A stretch of 64,000 nt of DNA from Lepidodermella squamata. Taxonomy: Eukaryota; Animalia; Gastrotricha. Below are positions 1-12,799 of this stretch, piece after piece (position 1 is the stretch's first letter; every line of letters starts with the position of its first letter). The DNA is taken from contig JBLDXI010000024.1 in NCBI GenBank assembly GCA_047495785.1, forward strand, positions 4,278,001-4,342,000, in the 5' to 3' direction. Position numbers and translations under genes: made by a program. The notes beneath the pieces are model-generated. The model made no database searches. It was not told the origin of the DNA and saw nothing but the letters and a program-made list of their open reading frames with translations.

Positions 1-1350
1 CATCTCGCTGGACCCCAAGTTGCCGATACCGGCTTGAGTGAAGGATAGCGTTTAATTACTTGACGTGCTTATCGTTCTAAAGCCTTTCCAAATTTGGAAA
101 CCGTTGAGATTGTTCTCCAAATCAGCAATGTATATAGCCATTTGATAATAATTATACGACGGGGATACTATAGTATGAAGGTTGTGCAAACCCAGCCAGA
201 AACTATTGTTGAATGAGCCGAACCCGGATACGTAATCGGTCCAGGGCCGAGTGAAATCGACAGAAGCCGAAGAGCGCCGCTGAAATACTGTCCAACCGCC
301 ACCGAGTGCCTTCATATCACAGTATACCTTTCGAGAGGCTGTTCCCAAAGTATTGATGGTGTAAGCTCCGCTGGGAGCCGACGGCTGTCTCATCGCAATG
401 TCCTCACAATCCACCGGCGGTAGTGTCAATTGATCTGATAAAAATCGATTCGTTTCAAAATCGCGTCCATAAATTAGATTATCAATTAAGTAATATATAC
501 CACAATGAGGCCAAGGGTTGAGAGTCGGATCTTTACTAGAGTAACCAATCGGACATTGGCAACCAGCTTCTGAGCACACAGTGCAACCAGCATGAGCCAA
601 GCATCCGTCCACCAGAAACCTAATTCGCATCGCTGTAATAGACGTCGAACTGTTCCTCGGATGAATGCGCAATGAATTTCTGCGTCCTAATAACAGGGCA
701 CAGAACGGTCGAGTAGAAATAAGTCGTCGAAGAGCCATTTAGCGATGTATTGAATAGCACGGGAGTGCTCCTCGAATCTTGCTGATCAGTCAATACTGGC
801 AAGAACAGTTCGCCCATGCCGGTCTTCGCGAGAAAAGATAAAGCAAACGAAATTACATAGCCGAAACCTATTTCCCCGGCGGCAGTTCTTATCGTGCGAA
901 CAGAGACCTCCCTGCCAAAGTTCAAATCCAAGTATATGTTGATTTCACTTCCCAAAGGTCGCCAAAAAGATCCTGGTGGCAGATTTCCGTTTGCATTTGC
1001 AGCAGTTCCGGATGAAGCAGTTATTGATCCACACCACTCAGCAATCTTAGATATCAGCTCAATATTTTGGCATGCCGTCGCTATTTCATTAACGATGTTC
1101 ATAGATATATAATCCATAGCATTACTTTTTAACTAACATTGATTGCATGTTGGCCCAGTCCAATCATCCACGCATGTGCATGTCTCTGGAGCCGTGCAGC
1201 TGCCACCGTTGAGACAAGGATTTGAACAGGACTCTGCTTACGTAAAATATGAAATGTATGCGGAATTTTCCCGTGATGGAACGAACGTGCGGTAACTTTT
1301 TGCTGCAGGGTGAAGATTGAAATGAGCAGAAAACATACAAAAAGCCGCAT
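1..1350 (-). CDS. 5' part of a multi-exon secreted/membrane protein gene: signal peptide - EGF - discoidin/F5-8C-like - Cys-rich - FReD; paralog of the 5' end of the PKD1-like gene at 33617-49343; runs off the left edge
   Basis: ATG at 1350 gives MRLFVCFLLISIFTL. An EGF exon reads CSNPCLNGGSCTAPETCTCVDDWTGPTC. ORF 52-738 has FReD motifs (PVDCEDI, VYCDM, GGGWTVFQRR, WTDYVSGFG, FWLGL). Shared motifs GCxAHAGC and LPVLTDQxDS also occur in ORFs 48031-48809. Confidence 0.8.
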
Positions 1351-2473
1351 CAGGAAGCCACTAGATGGTTCCAAAAAATCGATTTCGACAGTAAGTTATC
1401 TGTTTCTTCGAAAAATCGCGATAATGCTTAACTGCCTTCAAAAACGCCTAAAATATTTATGAGGTCTCAGTTATCCTAAATCCAAGTGGAACAACTAAGC
1501 TATTGGCCATTTATTGGAAAACGGTCAAAGAAAGTGCCTACGTGTTGGGAAACCCCTAACACGTAACCTTAAAACTGCAAAAAATTAAGTTATCATTTAG
1601 CAACAGGCAGCAACATTGATTCCGCCCCTTCCGCCAGTTTGAAATAAATCGATCGCTTGCAGGTTTTGTTGACTGCCAAGTTCAATAATTAGTTACTTAT
1701 CCGCAGGGCATATCGTCTATAACAATGAAAATACCCAACCAGCAAATTTGTTATTAGCCATTGCGTATCTATTGTATAATTGATGTTACAGCTTTTTGCA
1801 ACGCTTTTTTGGGAGAATCGATGCTTGCCATTCTTAGCTCTTTTGTTTAGATTTTTATCAATCAATAAGACAGAATGACCCCGGTGTGGTGCGCTTTCCG
1901 GTTCAACACTTTCAAGGTTTGCGCATTCATGATGTCGCACAAAGACGGGATGAAAGTAGGTAGAAATGCCAAACCCACAGTTTTTTCGATAAGCGATAGG
2001 CAAATAACCCAGGCTAGCTGTAGCGTACCACCTTTTGTATTCAGGGGAACAATGAGCGCCATTAAAATATTCATTAAGATTTTTTATTGTTCCATTATTC
2101 ATGATGCCTCATTTTTGCTCGTTGGTTGTTGGGCGTGGATCGAATTGAATGGAGTGCAAACCTCGCACAAACTCGGTCACGCAGCGGGCGGAGTCGAAGC
2201 TGAAGGATGAAACTACGATTCAATATTCAATGTTTATCCTCAAATGAGGCTTTTTGCCGTTAGTTAACTTGATTGAACGAATTGGCTCCATAGACGTCAG
2301 ACCTTAGTAGAGGTTTATGAAAATATTCAAATCTGAATGACAACATATTACAACTTCCAACTCTTTCACGCTACGAGTTCAGTACAAAGCTGAAAAAAGA
2401 TAAAATACGCGAGGGAGATAGAAAAAGTTTGATTTCTAGGGAATATTTCTCAGTTGATTCAGCATGTCAAGCA

Positions 2474-5400
2474 TCAGAAGTAACCGACCTGCAAGAACGA
2501 ATAAAGGAAAACCGCCAGTGTTGTTATGGCGAGCAATGAGTAAACAGCGAAATCAATATAGCGACACAGCTTCTTCTTAGATTTCTGCTGACTCAGCCAC
2601 AGCATAGCCAGGCTCTGCGTTGTCAACGCCAATGAAATCCCCTCCAAGCAGAACATCATATCGCTGATTAAAACGCGTTGATTGGATCGAGGAATTTTAC
2701 CAGCAATAGGCCCGATCGATGCTGTGTAAGCAAGCAGCAGGTAAACATTGAAGCAGGCCCGATCGCTGTTATCCGGCGGCAGCAGAACCGTACTGAGCGC
2801 CAGTAGAACCAACACGAAACAGGGCCCGAGTAAATTGAACAGAAAATAGTCAGGCTTACGGCGCAGCTCAATTGAAAATATGACTCGGCTCGATGCCAGT
2901 TCACTTCTGAGGTTCGGCTTGGTAGTCTCAACTTTGTACCCAATCGGACGAACTCGCCACTCTTCTAACGTGCTAGCTGAATCGCCATCCATCATTATAA
3001 GGTTAGCCTTAGTCACGCGGACGAGATTTGCCGGTTGTTCAACAGTAAATACCAAGCTACAAACTTGAGTATCAAACGGGAACTTCGATAAATCGAAGTC
3101 GCAATTGGCTTCAAACAGGCCGTATTGCCGCCAATAGAAATAGATCGGCCAGTAAGTAGCGTTGTTCCACGTTTGGTTGAGATAGATATCCATGTAGTTT
3201 CCGATTGAAGAGAAAGCCATTCCTGTTGAAGCGTTTTCCATAACGATTCCAGGATGCCAGATTGAGTTGAGGTCGACCACTCGAACGCGATTGGACACGT
3301 AAGATTCGTTGAATTGGCATCGTACAACCATCCATTTTGTGTAAAGCTGGCCGGTGATTGCGAAGGACTTGGCGGCCTCTTGAACCTTTGCAAGTCGATC
3401 GAGAGAAAATGCCATTCTGAGAGGCAGCATGGCTCGTAAAGGGCTTCTGTTCGAGGACGATAGGTCAGGACACCACAAGGTCAAGTCTTCTACAGTCAAA
3501 TCGGTTATTGGCTTGGGAGTCGGAGGCACTGGGAAATCGGCAACTTCAGCAGCTTCTTCCAGGATCTCGTAGTTTACTGCGGAAATCGTTGGGCTTACCG
3601 TTGATCCTTTTTCATCTGCAGTTCGCGTTGTTGCTGTACTAACTGAAGAGGTGGATGTCTCATGAGAAGAGGAGGTACTTTGGGATCCAGTAGTAACAGG
3701 CTGTGATGATGCAGCACTACTAAGAGAAGAAGTTGACATCTCATTTGCTTCAAAAATATTGGCCCCGTCAGGAATCGGAGTCCTAGTACTATCCAGATCA
3801 GTCTTTCTAGCTGTAGTGGAAATAATCGGATTTGCTGTTGTAGTTTCTTGTGTTGTAGTCGGTGAGGTCGTAGGTGATGTATTCTGAGGGTTCGTAGTTG
3901 TGTCTGTGGAGCTAGTGCTGATAGAGCTTGTTATCGCAGTAGTTGTGGTAGGTGGTGATGATATTCCCGTCACTGCTATACTGACTACTTCGGCCTTGCT
4001 ATCAGACCAATCGTGGGTATGCCCGGACACGACCGCGACTACGTAACTTCCCTGCTTTAAGAAATCGGCAAACATAGAATTGTTCGCATTTTGAACACAA
4101 GGGATTTTCGTTGCTGGTGCATTACCATGGTTTTTGATCAGTGCAACATTTAGATAGCCATTTAGGCTGGTTATTGAGTAAGTGGCGTCCTCCATCCCAG
4201 GTTGTGAAAATTCGCACGATCCAATATTTGCACCGGCAGTCGATTTGAGGTCGTGCAGTGAGGTTCCAGACGATTCAATGTCGTTAAAAAGATTCACATT
4301 AATTACTTCATTGAAAGGGTAGAACCTTATTTGAAAAGCTGCTTTGAAAACATCGTCAGTAGTTCTAATCCCATAATTCTCTGTTTCGCCGCAATCAACT
4401 GAATTTAGTTTCAACATCTTGAAAGTTACTAACGATTGATGAATAAGTTATTACCTTCCGTCCTAGCTATGCTGTCGTTATGAACAATGAAGATCGCATA
4501 GCCGTCATTATTGGGATGCTCGGGATTATTTGTTGTAATCCTTATTTCAATGTGGATATTTCCATCGGGTTGTAGTGCAAACGGTTTCGCTGCAAGAAGT
4601 GTGGCCCGTTTTGATTCACCTGGCTCCGGGAAATCTGTTATCATGCCGCCGTTTGTTTTTGCGCCGCAGGCTACTTCCCACGTTCCATGCCCTATCAAAA
4701 ACATGAAAATGGCCAATTGCTCAGGCTAAAGATAAACTCACTCAATCCGAGTAAATAGCTGTAGTAAAACTGATTAAAGAACAATTTGGATTGATAACTG
4801 GCAAAGTCTGGGAAATCGATGAACAATTTCTCCAACCCCCGACTTTTCACTAGCAACAGTTCCTCTCGATTGAGCGCTACAGGGTACAGCGATAGCCATG
4901 ATGCAAACGTTGGTTGGGTTAGCCAATAATCGGCACGGCGCCCTCCTAGCATAAAAGAACCCGACGAGGTATCTGCAGTCACGCCATAGCTTGTCCGATT
5001 TACATAGTCCTGGTCACAAAACAAGCCGTAACTTCTCGTTTGATTGTTGTAGGAAACTGCGACAAAGCGCCAACCCTTGCTGAATTCACATGGTCCGCTT
5101 ATTGGTGTGGGTGGTTGAACGCCTTGCTTGCTTATATATGCGTAAATCCTGTCCTTGACAAAGCCGATTCCGTACTCGTGATTCGCCAATAAATGAAGCC
5201 CGAATGATTCTTGAGTAACGAATTCAATTATGGGTACATAAGCTGGGTGATCGAATTTGAAAAACACAGAAAATGTCCACGATTGACCCCCCAATGATAA
5301 CGCTGGGTTTTCGAAAGAAGTCTCGTTCTTGGTGTCAGTACCGATTTTTAGATATGAGAAGCTTGTTATTGAATCGCTGAGGATCTCAACAACACCTGCC

Positions 5401-5546
5401 GCATTACGTCCGTCTATTCCTCGGCCGCTAACATCGGACAATCCGGTTTCGAATCTCAACGGCCAAAATGCAATAGGTGCGGGCATTTGTAGTATGCCTT
5501 GAACCAGAGCTAGTCCGAACAAGAAACAGGTATAGAAGATCAGCAT
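2474..5546 (-). CDS. Cys-loop (pentameric) ligand-gated ion channel subunit with extended N-terminus: signal peptide, LamG/pentraxin-like domain, unidentified domain, Ser/Thr mucin stalk, ligand-binding domain, 4 TM; about 988 aa, exons 5546-4742, 4691-4455, 4398-2474
   Basis: Cys-loop CDFDLSKFPFDTQVC (13 residues between the Cys), IWHPGIVMEN, LRRKPDYFLFNLLGPC (M1) and four hydrophobic helices. Two GT-AG introns (50 and 56 bp, both phase 1) join ORFs 4695-5546, 4429-4716 and 2474-4417 in frame. LamG-like motifs: PIAFWPL, DVSGRG, WRFVAVSYN. Confidence 0.8.
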
Positions 5547-5870
5547 TTTTTTAGGATGAAATGGAGTAAACTGGACAAAAAAATGGAGCGCTCAGCTTGA
5601 AAGCTAATATTTTTCCCCAACGCAATATTTCAGCTGCTTGAAGCATACTATCAAATCTTTTGTTTATATAGACTTCAAATTTCCGTACAGACAAATATAT
5701 ATACTACTTTTATATTAATTGGCAGCAAACGTTGTTATTGTCTCGAGCTTCGGCATTCACGTTACCAATGATTAGAATTAAAGAACGGACAATAATATTC
5801 TTGCTCGCAATATTCCCACCTAACGATGAGGAATCATTTGAAGCGGTTATCATCATCAGATGCACATTAT

Positions 5871-6748
5871 CAGGCCCGCCTACGTTACGGCTCTGCGCGC
5901 GCTCCTATTGGCCGGCCATTTCGCGCACACTGTTACGCAACACATGCGCGCCCTAAGTGCGCGCGTGCACAACTAAATCAATTTTAACCCAAAAAATGTG
6001 CGCATTTCGCATCTATTTTGTCAGATTTATGAAACATCATTTCATCCGAAAAAATCTTCATCTATCGATATAAAATGTGCATGGTAGGTACGAAAAATAA
6101 GCAAATATGGCTAAATTTAGGACATATCGTTAGCGTCGTTGAAAAACTCGGATTTAAGCTTGCTTACATCCGTTTCAAGGCGACGGGTGACAAGTAAAAA
6201 GTCTTTTGTTTGCCTCTTCATTCACGTTAAAAACGCCGCTATTTACTTGTCACCCGTCGCCTTGAAACGGATGTAAGCAAGCTTAAATCCGAGTTATTCA
6301 ACGATGCTAACGATATTTACAAGACACGCTCACTCGCCCAAATCGTGCGCACTGTTATTTATCGCTGATTTTACCGCGCGCGCTGTTGTCAAAGAGTAAC
6401 TTGACATTTTTGTGTCGGTTTTTATGCCAAAATAAAGAGAATTTAATCATCTATCGATTGAATATAGGGTTCTCGCTCGAAAAATTGAATTGGAAAAGGT
6501 TTTACGCGCACTGAAAAATTAGGGCGGGTGACCTCCCGCGAGCGCACCGACAAGTAACCATTATGCACGTAAAATGTTTCATTCTCAAATTTCAATCGTA
6601 ACAAATCTATATTCAATCGATAGAGAATTTAATTTACTTCATTTTGATGTAAAAGCCGAGGTGAAATTCATAGATTGCCCTTTGATTTCAGTTCAAAATG
6701 AGCTAGCCAATAGGAGCGCGCACAGAGCCGTATCGTAGGCGGGCCTGA
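5871..6748. mobile_element. Non-autonomous foldback/MITE element with about 50-bp terminal inverted repeats and an internal long hairpin
   Basis: caggcccgcctacgttacggctctgcgcgcgctcctattggc at 5871 is mirrored by gccaataggagcgcgcacagagccgtatcgtaggcgggcctg ending at 6748. No coding potential. Confidence 0.75.
6124..6316. repeat. Near-perfect inverted repeat: 75-bp arms (6124-6198 / 6242-6316), 43-nt loop
   Basis: The arms are reverse complements with 2 mismatches seen. Confidence 0.92.
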
Positions 6749-7212
6749 AAATGTGCTCATCAGATAGATCTAATGCACGGTTAGTAAATGTTGCTCGAGC
6801 GAGAAAAAATAGAGACGACAACGTGAGTAATTAAGGGCGACCGGATCTTTCGGGAATATTTATTTTCAATTTGATAAGAAAAATATAAAACACGCAGTTT
6901 ACCTCGATGGCCTCTTGTAGATGATCATTTTCAGCTCTAGTGGTAAAGGTACTCACTTAAATTTTAGCAATCTCCAGAATTAGAGTCGAATCCTGTCGGA
7001 CCGAGTAAAGAACCTCTCACAGTTCCCAGCCCCTAATGAGAAGACTTTTGTTAACGCAACAAGCACCTCTTCTATGCAAGGTCTTCGTATGGCTTCAATG
7101 ATGTCGAAGAGAACTGAGTAGACATGTTTATTAGACACCACTCTCACAAATAAAAAACAATTTTTCTTAATTTCACGGCGATATGTAATAGACATTTAGA
7201 AGTCAAAATTTC

Positions 7213-9681
7213 TCACATTTCATTCAATTTGAGTTCTTGTTCTTCCTCTTGCTCAGTATTCTCAGAGTATTTACGATCCAGCAATGCCAGCTTGCTGTCC
7301 CACTCCTTTTGCTGTTCAGCATTCTCAATTTTGCACGGCAGGCCCAAGATATAGGCAGTGTGCTGCGGCGGAATCACGCCGTCGATGATCCACTGCACAA
7401 GGTCGAGCTTCTTCGTGAAAGAAACATTCAACTGACATTGATAGGCCCGCCCGGGCGCCAGGTTGAAGTTCTTCTGCTTCGCCGTGAGTTCGAGGTCAAA
7501 AACAGGGTCTTCATCCCGCCACCGCTTGAAGTGCTTGCGGGCCAGCAACTGGTGCCGCCCGATGAAGTCGAACTGGTACCGAAACCAGCGGTACTCGCTG
7601 ATTTTCAAGTCGCTCACACCCTCGAGCGTCGTCATGAAATTCGGCTCCAATTTGAAGTCGCGAAACATGTCGTGCGTCATCTCCTGGATGACGAACGGCG
7701 AAGGATCCTGCCTCGCTTGAATCATGATTGTCCGCCATTCCAACGGGTGTGTCACATTAAGCGAGGTCCGTTTACGTGCCTGCTCGATCAAACTGTGACA
7801 ATTGTCAACCGACATTTGCGTGTGGCCAGCCACCTTAAATAAAATGTCCTAATTCAGTTCAGTTAATCCTGGCTAAACACCTACGAGGAACATGTGGTCA
7901 ACGATGCGCAATTTCTTGAACTTGGGGCCGTATTTCGCCCGCCGCTGCTTGTTCGCCTCCCGCATGGCCCAGAAAATGGCGTTCGGCACGATTTTATTCT
8001 TGCCCTGGCCGCACGTGCTGTCAGAGAATATGCTAACTTCCTCGACGGAGTCTGCCAGATGGTTAAGGATGAAATCAGCCAAACACGTGCTGATCTCTGT
8101 GCTACCTTGGCCGCCTAGGAGCAGATCTTGAATAGCCTTCGTTTTTCATGTTTCATGGACTAACCTTCATATTCCTCGTACGTGTAGCAAACGCATTTCT
8201 TCGTAACTGTGTCCAGCACAGTGAAGTTATGGGTGACTAGTTTTTCACGCCGATAAGCGAAATTGCAACACGGCACCTGAAATAATGAAAGACATCTAAA
8301 TTCATTCGGTTTTCAATGAAATCTGCTTACCTGTAACTGCTTCTGCATATCGAATTCGAGAACGGCATATTTCGGCCCGTCAGGTGAGTTTTGAAGAGAT
8401 TCGTTAGCGACCTCCTTACGGTGAGCTCGCTCGAGTCGGCTCTCATCTTTATCTTCGACGTGGGAACCGTACGATTCGCGCACCTTCTCCTTCTCTTGCG
8501 AATTCATGAAATTCCATCTCATGCATACCTTGCAGCTAAATAAGCATTTATAGCTTGAAATGTGGTTCTCAGTGACTGCAATCAAATTTATACCGGTCGT
8601 TTCGTGGCTGCTTGAAAGAAACGTCACGAAACAGCAGTTTGAACTTGCTTGCGAACGTTCGCATCGAGCAGCGCATCACTTTGAGGCTGTCCGGACTCCG
8701 CTTGATGTGGTCGACCCAGTCGCGGTAGAGCGACGACACTGTCATGTTTGGGTTCACAAAAAGTCGCTTCGACCACTGGCGGCGGAAATGGCTCGCACTC
8801 CTACACATGTCACATTATCGAATGAGCTTGGCAATTAAAAAGAAGAATCCGAAACTGAGGTGAATAATTCCGTGGGCTCTACTGAATTTGAAGAATGAAA
8901 TGAATTTATGCAAATCTCCCAAAAAATAAGGTCGAATTTTAGCTTATTTCCGGCCTGCCGGAGCCCTACTCGAAACTAGTACCGGAGAAAATATTTCCCA
9001 GGCAGAAACGTAGCCTACAACTCACGCTTTGAGGCGCGGCTCGACAAAGCGCTTGATGGACTGGATGGTGGCCGGACTGCACATGTTGGAACCGACGGCA
9101 CTCGCTCGCCGCCGGTCCGGCTCAACCTCCATGCCGTTGTTTTTGATCTTCTTCTCGAGGTTGTAGCACAGGAACTTCTTGCCGATGTCGAGCGCCTTCA
9201 TGAAGAAGGGCTTGCACACGCGGATCGTGGCGAGCGCGGCGCCGCGTTTTGGCACGTGCTCTTCCAGCGCATACAACGCCGGTAGTGTGTACGTGACGAT
9301 GCTGCGCTTGGGCCGCGGCTCGCGGGACACGTAGCGGGCGAGGAACAGCCGCTGGTCGTGCAGCTTGCCGGACTTGCGGAAATCGCGCTCCAGCTGCATG
9401 ATGCGCTCGTCGCTGAACTTGTCGTGGCAGCGCATGGAGCAGCACTTGAGCAGGCGGACGCCTTTTCGGGCCCGAACGAGCTTGGCCTTGCGCTGAACGT
9501 AGAGCTCGCCAGTAGTGCGGTTGCGGTACATGATCTTGTTCTGGAAGAACTCGACGCCTGTGTTACGTGCGAATTTCTCCTTCTCGGCGCGCAGTTTCGA
9601 CGGCGAGATGGCGGCCGCGCCCGGGTTCGCCACGCCCACAAGCCCGTCCGTACCCACGACGAAGTGCACCTGGTTAGACAT
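7213..9681 (-). CDS. Sola1-like DDD DNA transposase, six exons (9681-9026, 8800-8594, 8535-8331, 8276-8165, 8114-7885, 7833-7213), about 676 aa, apparently intact
   Basis: All five GT-AG introns are phase-compatible. Motifs typical of Sola1-type transposases: CCxxxC..., RVCKPFFMKALDI, SHFRR, SFKQPRNDRCKVC, EFDMQKQL, HNFTV, CYTYEEYEGGQGSTEISTC, FSDSTCGQGKN, HMFLVAGHTQMSVDNCHSLIE. The three presumptive catalytic Asp are present. Confidence 0.8.
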
Positions 9682-9836
9682 GTTGCTCAATACAACAACA
9701 GCCAATGCGCTGCAGCTGCGATTGAATTAATTTTCTAAGAAACCCAAATCCTATTATGAAATAGCAAAACATGACTTGGTACTTGGTCTGATATTTTTGC
9801 ACAAATTATAAATCATCACTTTGCAAAAAGGGGAAC

Positions 9837-10143
9837 ACTTTTTACATCCGACCAATGTCTTATTTCATCCGACAACCAAACATTTGACTGAATCCTGCCG
9901 ACTAGCTTTTTCATATTTTCAAAAAATTCAAAAACAGTGAAAAAGTGACATCTCGGATCGCCATGAATCTTTGACCATAAAATTCTGCCGGTTCAGGGGC
10001 CAAAATAGGGTGAATAAAAGAGATATGCCCGTGCGGAAAATGGAACTCGGGAGTGTCGAGAACATTGATATTTTCATGTCGGCTAATTTTAGACACATTT
10101 TTGACTGTCGGATGAAATAAGACATTGGTCGGATGTAAAAAGT
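9837..10143. mobile_element. MITE-like element or transposon subterminal structure with perfect 38-bp inverted repeats
   Basis: actttttacatccgaccaatgtcttatttcatccgaca at 9837-9874 is the reverse complement of 10106-10143. Each arm contains catccgac twice. Confidence 0.75.
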
Positions 10144-11726
10144 CACACCCGCAAAAAATGCAGCGATGATTCATTATGTATTGGTAGCTCATGTTCACAC
10201 AAAGAAGCCGAAAAATGAGCGAATTTCGCGGCTGGAAATTTGAGATTTCAGCCTTGAAAATTGACTTCCCTAAATTACTTAGAGATAAAAGGAGTGTTGG
10301 GTTTCTACAGAAAACTGAGCAAACGTGTGAGAATCGTAAATTTCAGTCAATTTTTCGGTCCCCTTCACACAATATAGCGCAGATTTTTGAAAATTAGGAA
10401 ACAAATTAATATGAATATTAAACTAGCGAAGATATTAACAAGAATACTTAATTATAATCCTAGAATCCTATTTTGTAATTTTGTAATTTTTGCTAGTTAT
10501 TAGGCTAATTCGAATGCCACTCCTTTTATGAGCGTCCCAGTGTGTCAGAAATATGCAAATTTGTGATCAGGGTGGTTATAGATTACACGCGGGCGTAAAA
10601 TTACAGGGCTGCATTGTCGGTGAATTTTGCGCGCTTGCTTAGCCCCTTTTCACATTTTATCTAAGCGCGCGTGTGGAATGCTAGCAAGGCCAAGGTAATC
10701 CTATAATGTTCGTCAAGCGCCTATGCCACTGAAAAAAGCCGAGTGAAAAAGATTAAAAGGAGAGATTTTAGGCGAAATTGAGACATGGATAAATAGAACG
10801 AGGCGAGATGTGCTAGATACTGAAAGGGACGCTATAGCCTCGTCCGCAAACTCATTTTAACAACACTGAGGTATACGCAAAGCTTGTTATATTATCGATC
10901 TTGCTATTATTAATATGATATACAATAAATGTATGTGCGATTGTTGAAAGCTGTGGGCAGCCCGACAACAACAATAAAAATGCGCGCTGCTGATGATAAG
11001 CCCCTTTTCAGTATCCGCGCTACAGTAATAATAAAAGTGCACGCATTTATAGACGAGCACGCTCACAGCTGCTGCTGAGGCTGCAGATAGGCGCTGACCT
11101 TTGTGCTGACCGCCGCTCTCATATAGGCTTATTCTGCGTGTGTTGTGCGCTATGAGAGCGGCAATACTGCGGAGGCGCGGATCCGCAAACAAGCGCACAT
11201 ACACGCATACGCGTTGCATAACGCGCGCACTCACTGCGCATGTTTCAATGGTGATGACCTCGCCCTGCCCGCTTAATATGAGATGACTAAGCATGATTAA
11301 GCTGATGAAAACGAGAATACTGGAAGGGAAGCAATAAATTAATAATGCAGGCCAACATTTGTTGCAAGTTGCAACATTTTTGGGGCTGGTGCCAGCTAAT
11401 TGATATGGAATAACACAAATTAGCTGGCTAGCCGGAGGGAGTCGACTGGATTTCCACGGAGTTGTCCAGCGCTCATCCGCATTCAATATTTTTCAACTTA
11501 AACCGCACTATGTTCGGCGGTGTTCGGCTGCTAAATTCCAATCCTGAACACGGAAAATTGAGACGAAGCAGTAAATTTGGCACTATTCCGCCACATGCGC
11601 GCTCCTATTGGCTGACGTTTACTTTTCCTCCAAGCGCTGACGAATCAGCTGACCATCTGGCGCCCATGGCGTAGCACCCTTTTTCTCGTGAGTAAGCAGT
11701 CTATCCTAAATTATGTCTATGGTCGC

Positions 11727-11785
11727 ACCACAACTAGAGCAGCCTTGAATTGTCCAACTCCGCCACGCGTTTCCTACGCTCGTTA
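11727..11785 (+). pseudogene. Fragment of Sushi-MACPF gene exon 1
   Basis: accacaactagagcagccttgaattgtccaactccgccacgcgtttcc closely matches about 27987-28045. Confidence 0.7.
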
Positions 11786-12137
11786 TTCTTCGTTATGCCT
11801 TGACTGGCGACATGTGTTATGTGTTGCAAGTTGACATTAAAAACAAGAAAATGACGTTCAAATAAAAATGAAAAGAGCAAGAATCCTAAATGGGCTAGTA
11901 AATAGAAATAAATACAAAATACATGAATACGCCGCCCAAGATCGATGCTAGAAGCAATCGGCGGATGCCGGAGTACAGAGTCCAGAGCTTTGAGCTTTGG
12001 CAGAGTCAAGCATCCGGGGCTAAAAGAAAGTGCCTGCCAAGTTTGCAAAAAGGCAAAAGGGAACTCGGGAACAGGACTTCATCTTAATTAACTTAATTAA
12101 CTTGGGGCTTGATCTTCCAGCGCAGCACTACGTCTGA

Positions 12138-12283
12138 AGCAACGTCTACGCGTGTTACAAAGATCCTGGACCTAGCAAGATGCCCTGGCTCGAAGGCTTT
12201 TCGCCACTGGTCTAGGCACCAACCCAGTACACGGATTGCGGCACATCAACGCCAACACGAGCCTACGCATGTTTGTTAGCCTG
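12138..12283 (+). pseudogene. Remnant of the 3' end of a Sushi-MACPF gene copy, with internal deletions, followed by homologous 3' flank
   Basis: Matches 19880-20080 and about 30553-30754 (SNVYACYKDPGPSKMPWL...TPTRAYACLLA*) with deletions. Confidence 0.85.
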
Positions 12284-12799
12284 AATCGAAGAAAAACTGG
12301 CTGAATACATACTCGATACTTAATAATGACAAACAATTATTCGACCAAATCTCAGACTGTTTATTTTTAAGGAAATAAAAGCGAAACGCTTAAAATGCTG
12401 CCGCATTGCATTTTTAATTGCAGCCTCAATAAATTCCCTAAATAAACTTACAAAACTGAAGTTGCGTTTACAACCCATCTTTGTGACTAAAGACCATTAT
12501 AAAAAACAGCTTGAGCTTTCGCAAGATTCACGGGCGGGTCGAATTCCCACCACAGAATATTCGCGAAGAGATGCGATTACTACCAATTATCCAGGATAAG
12601 TGGATGCGTTAATACTGATGAGAACCTACTGCCAGGTTCAATGCCGTAAAAAATGACCTAATGATTGAAGCACCAACTTCAGATTTTTGCTTATTAAGGA
12701 TACAAATTATATGACTAGAGCTGCCGCATCTGATACATAGTTTTTATTTTCAAATAAATGAATAATTGTTCACAGTATTTTAAATTTGCCTTACTCTCT

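Noticed and set aside
1689-2210. Overlapping short ORFs between the FReD gene and the channel gene
   Set aside because: No domain, signal peptide or convincing splice partners found; it cannot be supported as a gene, though a small exon is not excluded.
9022-9705. GC-rich segment as a bacterial insertion or contamination
   Set aside because: It splices in frame with five downstream exons of a eukaryotic transposase.
7237-9738. Several long antisense and alternate-frame ORFs over the transposase
   Set aside because: Shadow ORFs expected from GC-rich codon usage.
10887-11486. 199-aa minus-strand ORF
   Set aside because: No recognisable domain, and the context looks like low-complexity or repeat-derived DNA.
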